64,000 bases of DNA. Source: an uncultured delta proteobacterium (GTDB taxonomy: Bacteria; Myxococcota_A; Polyangia; Haliangiales; Haliangiaceae). The stretch lies in assembly GCA_963848295.1 (NCBI GenBank), contig CAWKDB010000011.1:96001-160000 (forward strand). The letters are read 5' to 3'. The position numbers were made by a program, and so were the translations under genes. This document shows, in pieces, positions 9,282 to 21,594 of the stretch. The notes below the pieces were generated by a model. The model was not told where the DNA came from. It saw nothing but the letters and a program-made list of their open reading frames with translations, and did no database searches. The first letter of the stretch is position 1. Each line of letters begins with the position of its first letter.

Positions 9282-10666
9282 TCACTGCGCCATCGAGTAT
9301 TCGTCGCTGCTCGGCGCCCGGAGCGAGTGCACCTCTTTGACCGGCGGCATCTTCGCGTCGGGATCTTTGTTCGTGCCGCGGCGGACGTACTCGGTGACCG
9401 GCTTGTAGCTCACGGTCCACTTGTCCTCGCGCACCATCTTCTTGCCTTGGTAGAACCGGCGGAACCGGGTCAGCTTGTAGCCATCGAACCCGGCTTGATC
9501 GAGCGTGGTCTGGCCATCGGGCATGTCGTCGTCGAGTCGCTCGTCGGTCGTCGAACGGCGTCTCCTCGATGACTTTGCGCGCGAACACGATCTTGTCGTA
9601 CGGCCGCGGCTTGCCGAGCACCTCGACGACCGCCTCGCCGTTCGCGACGCGATAGTGGATCGCGACCGGGAAGTCGTACGGGTTCTTGAGCTTGAGGTCG
9701 GTGTCCGGCCACACGACCGTCGCGTCGAAGCCGAGCGGCGTGTAGGCGCTCGGCCGCGAGTGGTTCGTCGTCTTGACGATGTCGAGGCCGGCGAAGAACG
9801 CGGCGCCGAACAGCGTCGTCGAGATCTGGCAGGTGCCGCCGGCGAGGCCGTCGACCATCTCGCCCGCGGTGATGACGTGCGCGATCTTGTAGCCTTCTTT
9901 TTCAGAGCGCTCGCCGACCTGGCCGTTGAACGACCACTCCTCGTGCGGCTTGAGCACGGCGCCGTCGATCTTGCTCGCGGCGAGCTTGAGGTTGAAGTTG
10001 CGCTCGCGGTCGAGCGCCGGGAACCGCGTCATGTAGTGCCCGAGCACGTGCGAGATGTCGTCGATGCCGAGCGCCTGCTTCGTGACGCCGGCGGCGATCG
10101 GCACCGAGACGAGCTCGACCTTCGCGGCACCTTGGCGCGCCGCGACCTCGATCTTCGGCAGCGAGGCCCAGACGTCGATGCCCAGGCCGGGCGTGTCGGG
10201 GTGGATCTTCCGCTCCTCGAGATCGAGGTAGGCGTCGGTCGGCGAGCGATCGAGTCTTCGCCTTGAGCGCGAGCAGCCGCTTCGTCGCCTTGTCGCGATC
10301 GATGCGGACCGGCAGCGCCGCCTTCGCACCGAGCGCGGACAGCTGGCCCGCGGTCTCGGCGGTCACGCGCGCGAGCTCGTCGGGATCGACTTCGACGCCG
10401 AGGTCGGCCCACGTCAGCTTCTCGGTCGTGCCGTTCGCGGTGACGTCGACCGGCTGTGCGAGCAACGCGGTGAGCGCCGCGCTGGCCGTGGCGCCCGGAT
10501 GAAGCCGGTCGGTGGCAGGCGGTTGCGTGACCGTCGCGGCGCGCGCCTCGCTGCGGGTCGCGACGACGTAATAGGCACCGGTCAAGCCGCCTGCGGCGAC
10601 CAGCATTCCACCCGCGATGCCGAGCAAGATCGCGCCGCGTTGCCGAGCTCGAGTACCTGACGACAT
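9282..10666 (-). CDS. VanW family protein (two +1 frameshifts, near 10255 and 9550)
   Basis: N-terminal TM; RNFNLKLAASKIDG, FNGQVGER, GGTCQISTTLF, NHSRPSAYTPLGFDATV; G5-like tail. Three ORF pieces join by removing single bases. Confidence 0.82.
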
Positions 10667-10904
10667 GACTAGGTCCTTTCTATCACGGGTCGCGCACGCC
10701 CCCACAGAGACTGCACCGTCGAGGCCAGCCCCGAGCCCCGAGGCCGATCGATCGATCGGCTGTCCGGCGCAGCAAGGACGGCCGAATCCTTGGATCGAGG
10801 GTCCACGACGCTGTCGCGAGCCCCGGATCGTGTCCTCAGGTACGCGCCGAGCGTGTCTAGCCGGCCACGTTCTACCCCGGTCGGTCATGCTAGGCTTTGC
10901 GCCA

Positions 10905-11096
10905 GTGAGCTCGTTGGTCCAGCGCAACAAAGTGGTGGCCAAACGCAAAGGTGGCCTCGCCGCTGCCACCGCGGTCGGCGGCGCGGTCGTCATCGTAGCT
11001 GGCGCGCCGGTGATCGGCGCGATCGGACTTGCCGGAGCGGCGTACCTCGCCTGGGACTGGTTCTCGTTCCGGGTCAAGCACGGCATGCGCTTCTAG
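10905..11096 (+). CDS. Small membrane protein (about 63 aa)
   Basis: Hydrophobic Gly/Ala hairpin; TAGGCT 8 nt before the GTG; stop 10 nt before the kinase gene. Confidence 0.6.
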   Translation: MSSLVQRNKVVAKRKGGLAAATAVGGAVVIVAGAPVIGAIGLAGAAYLAWDWFSFRVKHGMRF

Positions 11097-11106
11097 CTGG
11101 GCGGGC

Positions 11107-12690
11107 GTGGCGGAAGACAGCTTCGCCGCGGGCCTCGTCGGGATCACGCTCGAAGGGCGCTATCGCCTCGACGCGGTGCTCGGCGAGGGCGGCATGGGCG
11201 CGGTGTTTCGCGCGCAGCACTTACAGATGGACCGCAAGGTGGCGGTCAAGTTGTTGAAGCCGCACCTGGTGAACGACGAAGCGGCAACGCAGCGCTTTCT
11301 GCGCGAGGCCCGGAGCACGCTGAAGGTCGACTCGCCGCATGCGGTCAAGGTGCTCGACTTCGGCATCACGCCGCAGCGCGACTACTACATCGTGCTCGAG
11401 TACCTCGACGGGCGCACCGTGCAGCGCGAGCTCGACGTCGACGGCCCGTTCGCGCCGTTGCGCGTGTTGCACATCGCGCAGCACGCTCTTGAAGGGCTCG
11501 CGGTGGCCCACGAGCGCGGGCTGATTCATCGCGACATCAAGCCCGACAATATTCTGTTGATGCGCGTCGGCGACGATCACGACTTCACGAAGGTGCTCGA
11601 TTTCGGGGTCGCCAAGCTGATGGAAGGCGGCGCGCGCACCGATCGATCTGCACTCGCGCTGACCGCCGCGGGCACGGTGTTCGGTACCCCCGAGTTCATG
11701 TCGCCCGAGCAGGCGTGCGGTCACGCGCTCGATGCGCGCAGCGATCTGTACTCGCTCGCCGCGACGATCTTCGCGATGCTGACCGGCTGCGGCATGTTCA
11801 CCGCGAGCTCGCCGATCGAATGGTTGACCCATCATGCGCGGACTCCGCCACCTCACCTCGCCGATGCGCTGCCCGCACTCGAGCCCTACCGCGAGGTCGA
11901 CGCGGTGCTCCAGCGCTGCCTCGCGAAGCAACGCGATCAACGACCGACGACCGCGCGAGAGATGGCGCGACTCCTCGCGGATCTCGAGTGCCACCTGCGC
12001 GGCGAGCCCGCGCGGCCAGCGTCGATCGAACCGCGCCGCGATCCGGGCGGCGGCGCCCGGTCGCCGCACGAGCAGCCCATGCTGCAGGTCGCGACCCCTC
12101 GGTTCTCACCGTCGAGCTTCATCGCGGCATTGCCGGTCGAGACCCTGCCCGCTTCGCCGACGACCGGCTCGCTCGCGCCCCGGTCGCGCCGCGGCCTGTG
12201 GCTCGCGCTCGGTGCGCTGGCCGTGCTCGGCGTCGTCGCGACCGCGATCGCGATCGTCGCGACTCATGATCCCGACGGCCCGAGGCCGGCACCGGAGGTC
12301 GTCGCGACGACTCGAGGCGTCCCGAGCGATGCGCGCGTCCTGGCGGCCGGCGACACCGCGCGACCGGTCGACGCCGCGGTTGCCGTCGTGGCGGCCGACG
12401 CCGCGGCGGCGCGCCCGGCCGCGCCGCCACACCACCCGGGCGGCGGCGAGGTCGCCCGTTTGCTCGCCGATGCCGAGCATGCCGCCCGCACCGGCAACCG
12501 TCTGCACCAGATAACCCAGGCCGACGCAGCGCTCCGGCTCGACCCGCACAGCGTGAGGGCGAAGCTCCTACTCGCAGACGGGGAGATCGCGTATGGCGAT
12601 CTCGACCTAGGTTGCAAGTACTTACGCGAGCTCAAACACAGCGCCGAGGCCGCCGCGCGGGCGAAGTCGGCGGGCTGCCCCACCGATTGA
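11107..12690 (+). CDS. Transmembrane Ser/Thr protein kinase (Hanks type)
   Basis: LGEGGMGAVF, VAVKLL, HRDIKPDN, DFG, GTPEFMSPEQ, DLYSL; TM helix; TPR-like C-terminus. Confidence 0.95.
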   Translation: MAEDSFAAGLVGITLEGRYRLDAVLGEGGMGAVFRAQHLQMDRKVAVKLLKPHLVNDEAATQRFLREARSTLKVDSPHAVKVLDFGITPQRDYYIVLEYLDGRTVQRELDVDGPFAPLRVLHIAQHALEGLAVAHERGLIHRDIKPDNILLMRVGDDHDFTKVLDFGVAKLMEGGARTDRSALALTAAGTVFGTPEFMSPEQACGHALDARSDLYSLAATIFAMLTGCGMFTASSPIEWLTHHARTPPPHLADALPALEPYREVDAVLQRCLAKQRDQRPTTAREMARLLADLECHLRGEPARPASIEPRRDPGGGARSPHEQPMLQVATPRFSPSSFIAALPVETLPASPTTGSLAPRSRRGLWLALGALAVLGVVATAIAIVATHDPDGPRPAPEVVATTRGVPSDARVLAAGDTARPVDAAVAVVAADAAAARPAAPPHHPGGGEVARLLADAEHAARTGNRLHQITQADAALRLDPHSVRAKLLLADGEIAYGDLDLGCKYLRELKHSAEAAARAKSAGCPTD

Positions 12691-12718
12691 CCCCGATCAC
12701 GGCCCGCCCGTATCCTCA

Positions 12719-14527
12719 GTGCCGGTGACCGCAACTGTCGACGGACCCAGTGTCAGCGGACGACTCTCGTCGTCGCGACTACAGGCCGGCGTCCAGCTCG
12801 GCGATTTCGTGTTGGGCCAGCCACTGTGGCCGATGCGGATCGCCGAGGCCTATCGCGCCAATGGGCCGAAAGGCGCCGCGACGATCTACGTCATCCACAG
12901 CTCGCTCGCCGCTCACCCACAGCTGCGCGACGCGATCGTCGGCGGCACGCGCGCAGCCGCCGCGCTGCCCGACCATCGCCACCTCGTGCGTACGCTCGCG
13001 GCGGGGCTGACCGGCGACGTCCTGTGGATCGCGACCGAAGAGGTCGAAGGATCGATCGTCCGCGATCTGCTGCTCAAGAAACGTCAATCGGGCGGCTCGG
13101 GCTTCGGCGCACGCGGCACGGGGAACCTCATCACCGGCGTCGCCGCTGCACTCGGTGATCACCACCACGGCGCGCTGACGACCGAGTCCGTCGCGGTCAG
13201 CCGCACGGGTCGCGTTCGCGTCATCGACCTCGCGCTCGCCGCCGGCACCGCCGCCGCGATCGCCGCGAAGTTGATCCCGGCGTCGAGCGCGATCGCGCCC
13301 GAGGTCGCAGCCGGCGCGGCCCCGAACGGACCGGCCGATGTCTACTCGATCGGCGCCTTGCTCTACGAGGCGCTCGTCGGCAAGCCGCTCGAGCGCGGTG
13401 GGCCGCGGCCGAGCGACGTCGTGCCCGACGCGAACTCGCAGATCGACGAGGTCGTCGCGCGCGCTTGCCACCAAGATCCGGCCAAGCGCTTCGGCCGGGT
13501 CGATGTCGTCGGCGAGGTCGTCGGCGAAGCGCTGACCAAGGGCGGCGCGATCTACACCCAGGCCGTGCCCTTGCTCGATGCCGCGCCGACGCTCGCGGCG
13601 CAAGTGCCGCAGCAGTCACTCGCCGCCGACATCTCGGCCGCCGCATCGGGCAGCACCCGCGCCGGCAAAGACGTCGCCGCGACCTCGGGCAACGCCGTCA
13701 TCGATCGCGCACTCGCCGCGGCGTTGTCGGACACCGCCGAGAAGTGGCTCGTCACGAAAGGCCGGCTCGACTACGGGCCGTTCTCGCTCGCCGACATCGT
13801 CGCCCAGATCGATCAGGGCGAGGTCGTCGGTGACAACGCGATCGTGGACAAGGACACCGGCGCGCGCACCTCGATCGGCGAGCACCCGTTGCTCGGTCCA
13901 GTCGTCGACGTGGCGAAGCAACGCCTCGACGACAAGCGGCGTGCGCAGGCCGAGGTCGTCGAGCAGAAGCGCGAGAAGAGTCGCGGCGCCTTGCTCTACG
14001 CCGTGATCGGCCTCGGCATCGCCGGCGTCGCGGTCGGCGGCTACTTCATCGTGCAATCGGTGCGCGGCGAGTCCGGCAAGAAGGTCGCGGCGGTCAGCCA
14101 GATCGAAGGTGCGAGTCTCCAAGTGAAGGTGTCCGAGCCGAAGGTCCCGCCCGCGAAGCACCACGGCGGAGGCGCCGGGCGTCACACCGGCGGCGGCAAC
14201 ACCGGCAGCCTCGCGAACAGCAGCGAGAACATGGCGCTCGATCTCAGCGACGACAGCGACGAGACCGAGACGCTCGGCATGGACAAGGTCTACGCCGTGT
14301 ACTCGCACTACGGCGCGCAGCTCGGCGGCTGCCTCCAGAGCAACGGCGCGAGCCAAGCGAACATCGCGATCATCATCAACGGCCCGAGCGGGCGCGTGAA
14401 CTTCGTCAAGGTCAACGGCGCGGCCGCCGGCGGCTTGTGGAACTGTCTGAACCGGGTCATGCGCACGATGCAGTTCCCCACGATCCACGGCCCGCGCACC
14501 CGCGCGGAATTCGACATCGGGATCTGA
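12719..14527 (+). CDS. Pseudokinase + GYF_2-like domain + TM + AgmX/TonB-C-like domain
   Basis: Kinase fold keeps APE, DVYSIG and PAKRF but has HGALTTES for HRDxKPxN and DLA for DFG. WLVTKGRLDYGPFS is GYF_2-like. Ends CLNRVMRTMQFP. Start may be 12725. Confidence 0.72.
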   Translation: MPVTATVDGPSVSGRLSSSRLQAGVQLGDFVLGQPLWPMRIAEAYRANGPKGAATIYVIHSSLAAHPQLRDAIVGGTRAAAALPDHRHLVRTLAAGLTGDVLWIATEEVEGSIVRDLLLKKRQSGGSGFGARGTGNLITGVAAALGDHHHGALTTESVAVSRTGRVRVIDLALAAGTAAAIAAKLIPASSAIAPEVAAGAAPNGPADVYSIGALLYEALVGKPLERGGPRPSDVVPDANSQIDEVVARACHQDPAKRFGRVDVVGEVVGEALTKGGAIYTQAVPLLDAAPTLAAQVPQQSLAADISAAASGSTRAGKDVAATSGNAVIDRALAAALSDTAEKWLVTKGRLDYGPFSLADIVAQIDQGEVVGDNAIVDKDTGARTSIGEHPLLGPVVDVAKQRLDDKRRAQAEVVEQKREKSRGALLYAVIGLGIAGVAVGGYFIVQSVRGESGKKVAAVSQIEGASLQVKVSEPKVPPAKHHGGGAGRHTGGGNTGSLANSSENMALDLSDDSDETETLGMDKVYAVYSHYGAQLGGCLQSNGASQANIAIIINGPSGRVNFVKVNGAAAGGLWNCLNRVMRTMQFPTIHGPRTRAEFDIGI

Positions 14528-14528
14528 C

Positions 14529-17590
<3,062 letters not shown>

Positions 17591-17594
<4 letters not shown>

Positions 17595-18187
17595 ACCGCC
17601 TCGCGTGCGCAGCGCTGCTCGCGATCGCCGCGTGCGGTCCGCCGCCCGCGCCGCGAGCACCGACCGGCTCGCGCGCGACGGTGCGCGCCGAGATCGACCG
17701 CGCCGAGGACGCGGAGCGCGCGCGCCAACACGAGGTCGCGCGTGCGCACTACGAAGCGGCGGTGGCGGCCGCTCGCGACCCCGCCGACGTGCACCTCGCG
17801 CATCGCGAGTTCGCCGACACGCTCGCATCGTGGGGCGAGGCCGCCACCGCCGCGAAGCAGCTCGAAGCCGCGGTCGCGGCCGTACCCGATCAGGCGGCCG
17901 ACTGGCATGATCTCGGGTTCTTGCGGTTCAACGCCGGCGACGTGCCGGGCGCGCTGACCGCGCTCGAACGGGCGAAGCAGCTCGCACCGGACGACCCTCG
18001 GCCGCGGCTCACGCTCGCGGTCATCAAGTGGAAGCGCGGCGATCGCGCCGGCGCCGCCGCGGAGTATCGCGGCCTGCTCGGGCTCCAGCTCGACGCGACG
18101 CTGCGCGCCAAGGTGCAATGGGCGCTCGACCAGCTCGCGAAGCCGCCGCGCGACTCGACACCGGCGGCGCCGCAGCCACCCACGTGA
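17591..18187 (+). CDS. TPR lipoprotein
   Basis: Lipobox IAAC; TPR-like helices (WHDLGFLRFNAGDVPGALTALERAKQLAPDD); GTGA overlap with the upstream gene. Confidence 0.8.
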
Positions 18188-18201
18188 CATACTCCAGCCG
18201 C

Positions 18202-20754
18202 ATGTTGCGTCGCTTCGCGTTCGGGTTCGCGCTGGTCTCCGCGGCCGCGGGATCGGCGTCGGCGCAGGCCCCGTTCTTCACGTGGGAGGGCAAGGTCGAG
18301 CTCGACGCCAACGGGATCACCGACAAGGACGGGACACTGCGGCTCGCCGCGGTCGACCGGCTGTCGGGCGACGACATCCACCTGACCCAGCCGTACTTGA
18401 TGAAGTTGCTGACCGACGAAGAGCCGCGGGTCCGGTTCGCGGCGGCGAAGGCGCTCGGCAACGGCGCTGCGACCGCGGCGGTGCCGATCATGATCGAGTG
18501 GCTGTCCGACACCGATCCGAAGACCCGCGCGCTCGCCGCGGAAGTGCTCGGCAACATCGGCGGCCCGGCGGCGACGCAAGCCCTGACCCGCTCGCTAGGC
18601 GACATCGATGCGACGGTCCGGCAACGTGCGGTGCACTCGCTCGGTCAGATCGGCCAGCGCGGCACGCCGAGCGTCGTGATCGCGTTGATCCCCCGCCTCG
18701 AAGATGACAAGCCCGAGGTCCGGCGCGAGACGATCGATCAGCTCGACCAGCTCGGCGACAAGCGCGCGGTGATCCCGCTGATCGCGAAGTTCGACGAGCG
18801 CTCGCCCGAGACCAAGCGCCGCGCGATCGAGGCGGTCGGCCGGCTCGGCGACAAGTCCGCCGTCCCCGCGCTCGAACGCCAGATCCGCGACTCCGATGAC
18901 AAGGTGCGCACCGCCGCGGTCGTCGCGCTCGGTCAGCTCGGCGCGGTCGACGCGATCGATCTGCTCGTCGATCAGCTGTCGGTCACCGGCGACGCCTATC
19001 GCGCGACGGTCGCGACCGCGCTCGGCCAGATCGGCGCGCAACCGAACGCCGGCAAGGCCGGCGCAGAGGCGTTGCGCCGGCTGGTCCAGGAGCTCGGTCC
19101 GCACACCGCGTTGAAGGTCGCGGCGCAGAGTGCGTTGCGCGCCGCAGGTGCCGCCGCGGTGCCGGCGCTGGTCGCTCACCTCGAAGGCAAGATCGCAGGC
19201 GATCCGACGAGCGCGGTCCAGTTACTCGCCGATGTCGGCGATGCGCGCGCGACCGCGGCGTTGACCGCCGAGCTCGAGCGCGGCCGAGTCGCGCTGCCGT
19301 TGGTGTTGAAGGCGCTCGGTGCGACGCATGATCCGAACGCGCTCGTGCCGGTGCTCGGCCAGCTGTCGAGCAAGGACCCGGCGATCCGACTCGCCGCGAT
19401 GGAGGCGCTGCGCCCGCTGCTCGGCCGCGACGCTCGCGCCGGTGACGTCCTGGTCGAGCACATCGACGACGAGGATCTCGAGGTCCGGATCCTCGCGGTC
19501 GAGTATCTCGGCATGCTCGAGGTGGCCAGCGCGACGCCGCGCCTGATCGCGCTCGCCGGTCGCGGCAACCCGGCGCGCCTGCGCCACGCCGCGATCGATG
19601 CACTCGGCGAGATCGCCGCGCCGACCGCGACCGCCGCGCTCGTCGACGTGTTGCGCGATGGCTCGCCCGAGCTGCAACGCGCCGCCGCGACCGCGCTGTC
19701 GTACATCGGCGATCGCGCCGCGATCGCGGCGCTGACCTCGCTCGCGAGCACCGAGCACGGCCCGAATCGCCACGAGATCGTGCGCGCGCTCGGTGCGACG
19801 CTGCGCGATCACCCCGATGACGCCGGGCGCAAGCAGTTGCGCGAGCTCGTCGCCGATCGAGATCCCAAGGTCGCGGTCGCCGCGATCCAAGGCCTGGCCG
19901 CCGCCGGCGATCCGCGCGATGCCGCGGTGCTGCGGCCGATCGCGATCGACGCTGCGCCCGAACGCCGCCGGGCGGCGCTCACCGCGCTCGCCGATCTGCG
20001 CGACAGCGGCGCCTGGGACATCCTCGCCGAGGCGTTGGCGATGAAAGACGATCGCATCGCCGGCGATGCCGCGTGGGCGCTCGGCGAGCTCGCCGCGCTG
20101 GCGCCGCGCGACGCCCACGTCGCCGCGTTGCCCGATCGCTGGCTCGCGCTGACCCGCCGCGCGGGTTGGGCCGCCGCGATCGACGCGACCGGAGCCCTCG
20201 CGCGCGCGCTGTGGGCCCTCCCCGCCGCCGACCGCGCCGCGCTCGTCGCCGGAGGGAAGCGCACCGCGCTCGGTCAGCTCGCGTTCCACCGGTCGCGGCT
20301 CGTCCGGATCAACACCTGCTCCGCGCTCGCCGCGCTCGGCGACGACGCCGCGATCAAGCAGCTGTCGCAGTTGCTGAAGGACGACCCGAGCCCGGCGGTC
20401 CGGCTCGCGGCCGCGACCGCGCTCGGCCGCACCGGCAAGGCCACAGCCGCGCTCGTGGCCGCCGCGACGAGCGACCGCGATCCGGCCGTGCGCAAAGCGG
20501 CGACCGACGCACAGCCGGGATTGCCCCCGCCGCCCGCGGCGACGCCGAAAGATCCATGGGCGCTGTTCTACGTCGTCGATCCGGCGACCGACGACGCGAT
20601 CTCGCGGCAAGGACCGTTCTTCGTCCACCGCCCCGACGGCATCGTGTGGGCGACCTACACCGACGCGCGCGGCATGCTCGCCGCCGAGCATCGCCCGGCC
20701 GGCGACGCCGACAAGTGGCCGGTGTGGCCCGCGAGTCGCGAAGCCGAGTACTAG
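18202..20754 (+). CDS. Secreted HEAT-repeat protein
   Basis: Signal peptide (ASA-Q); many HEAT repeats (D..VR..AA.ALG.IG). Confidence 0.88.
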   Translation: MLRRFAFGFALVSAAAGSASAQAPFFTWEGKVELDANGITDKDGTLRLAAVDRLSGDDIHLTQPYLMKLLTDEEPRVRFAAAKALGNGAATAAVPIMIEWLSDTDPKTRALAAEVLGNIGGPAATQALTRSLGDIDATVRQRAVHSLGQIGQRGTPSVVIALIPRLEDDKPEVRRETIDQLDQLGDKRAVIPLIAKFDERSPETKRRAIEAVGRLGDKSAVPALERQIRDSDDKVRTAAVVALGQLGAVDAIDLLVDQLSVTGDAYRATVATALGQIGAQPNAGKAGAEALRRLVQELGPHTALKVAAQSALRAAGAAAVPALVAHLEGKIAGDPTSAVQLLADVGDARATAALTAELERGRVALPLVLKALGATHDPNALVPVLGQLSSKDPAIRLAAMEALRPLLGRDARAGDVLVEHIDDEDLEVRILAVEYLGMLEVASATPRLIALAGRGNPARLRHAAIDALGEIAAPTATAALVDVLRDGSPELQRAAATALSYIGDRAAIAALTSLASTEHGPNRHEIVRALGATLRDHPDDAGRKQLRELVADRDPKVAVAAIQGLAAAGDPRDAAVLRPIAIDAAPERRRAALTALADLRDSGAWDILAEALAMKDDRIAGDAAWALGELAALAPRDAHVAALPDRWLALTRRAGWAAAIDATGALARALWALPAADRAALVAGGKRTALGQLAFHRSRLVRINTCSALAALGDDAAIKQLSQLLKDDPSPAVRLAAATALGRTGKATAALVAAATSDRDPAVRKAATDAQPGLPPPPAATPKDPWALFYVVDPATDDAISRQGPFFVHRPDGIVWATYTDARGMLAAEHRPAGDADKWPVWPASREAEY

Positions 20755-20758
20755 ACCG

Positions 20759-20843
20759 GGGGACGGTGTTCACGATGACAACCGCGTCATAACGATTCCC
20801 ATACGTTGCAGCGGATCTGGTTGTCAAAGTGAACACCGTCCCC
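20759..20843. repeat. 85-bp inverted-repeat element (REP/MITE-like or bidirectional terminator)
   Basis: GGGGACGGTGTTCAC-ga-TGACAACC ... GGTTGTCA-aa-GTGAACACCGTCCCC (15 + 8 bp arms) between convergent genes. Confidence 0.75.
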
Positions 20844-20859
20844 GCTCGCAGCTCGCAGC

Positions 20860-21501
20860 TCACGCCGCGCGCTTGAAGCCGTAGTCGCGGGCGGCGACGT
20901 CGGCGAGCTCTTTCTCGAGCACGCGGCGCGCGCGGAACAGGCGCGACATCACGGTGCCGATCGGGACGCCGGTCGCGTCGGCGATGTCCTTGTACTTCTC
21001 GCCGCGCAGGTCGGCGCGCTCGACGACGTCGCGATAGTCCTCGCCGAGCGTGCGGAGCGCCGCCTGGACTTCGTCGCACAGCTCGGCGTCGCGGATCGGC
21101 TCGTCGAGCACGTCGGTGCGGTCCTGGTCGCGACCGTACAGCGCGGTCAGCGCGTCGCCCGGGCGCTCGGTCGCGAACCGCTGGTGCCGGCGGCGCTTGC
21201 GATAGCCGTTGATGAACGCGTTGGTCAGGATGCGGAACAGCCACGCGCGGACGTTCGAGCCGGGCTCGAAGCTGTGCCACGCGACCATCGCGCGGAGCAG
21301 CGCCTCTTGCACGAGATCCTTCGCGGTGTCGGGGTCGCGGCAGATCCGCATCGCGACGCCGTACAGCTCTTGCTGATGCGGCAAGCAGGTCGCGGCGAAC
21401 TCGCCGTGGGGACCCGCGACGCGCGTCGCGTGACGCGGAGCCTCGGCGGGACGGCGAACGATGCGAGAGGCGGTGGGGATGCTGGGAGACTTGCGCGCCA
21501 T
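20860..21501 (-). CDS. ECF RNA polymerase sigma factor
   Basis: AKDLVQEALLRA, FEPGSNVRAWLFRILTNAFINGYR, YKDIADATGVPIGTVMSRLFRAR. Confidence 0.93.
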   Translation of the reverse strand: MARKSPSIPTASRIVRRPAEAPRHATRVAGPHGEFAATCLPHQQELYGVAMRICRDPDTAKDLVQEALLRAMVAWHSFEPGSNVRAWLFRILTNAFINGYRKRRRHQRFATERPGDALTALYGRDQDRTDVLDEPIRDAELCDEVQAALRTLGEDYRDVVERADLRGEKYKDIADATGVPIGTVMSRLFRARRVLEKELADVAARDYGFKRAA

Positions 21502-21514
21502 GGTGAGGTCCAAG

Positions 21515-21530
21515 AGCACCCGACGTGCCA
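21515..21530 (-). promoter_or_regulatory. Sigma54 -24/-12 promoter (TGGCACGtcggGTGCT)
   Basis: Matches TGGCACG-N4-TTGCW with one mismatch and correct GG-N10-GC spacing, 13 nt upstream of the ECF ATG. Confidence 0.65.
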
Positions 21531-21594
21531 CGCGCAAGATCCTGGATCTCTAGGCACTCTTGACCGACGAGGCCGACGAGACACGCGACGCGTC

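Noticed and set aside
9282..10666. Vancomycin-resistance locus
   Set aside because: VanW-like domains are widespread, and no vanHAX or vanRS genes are present.
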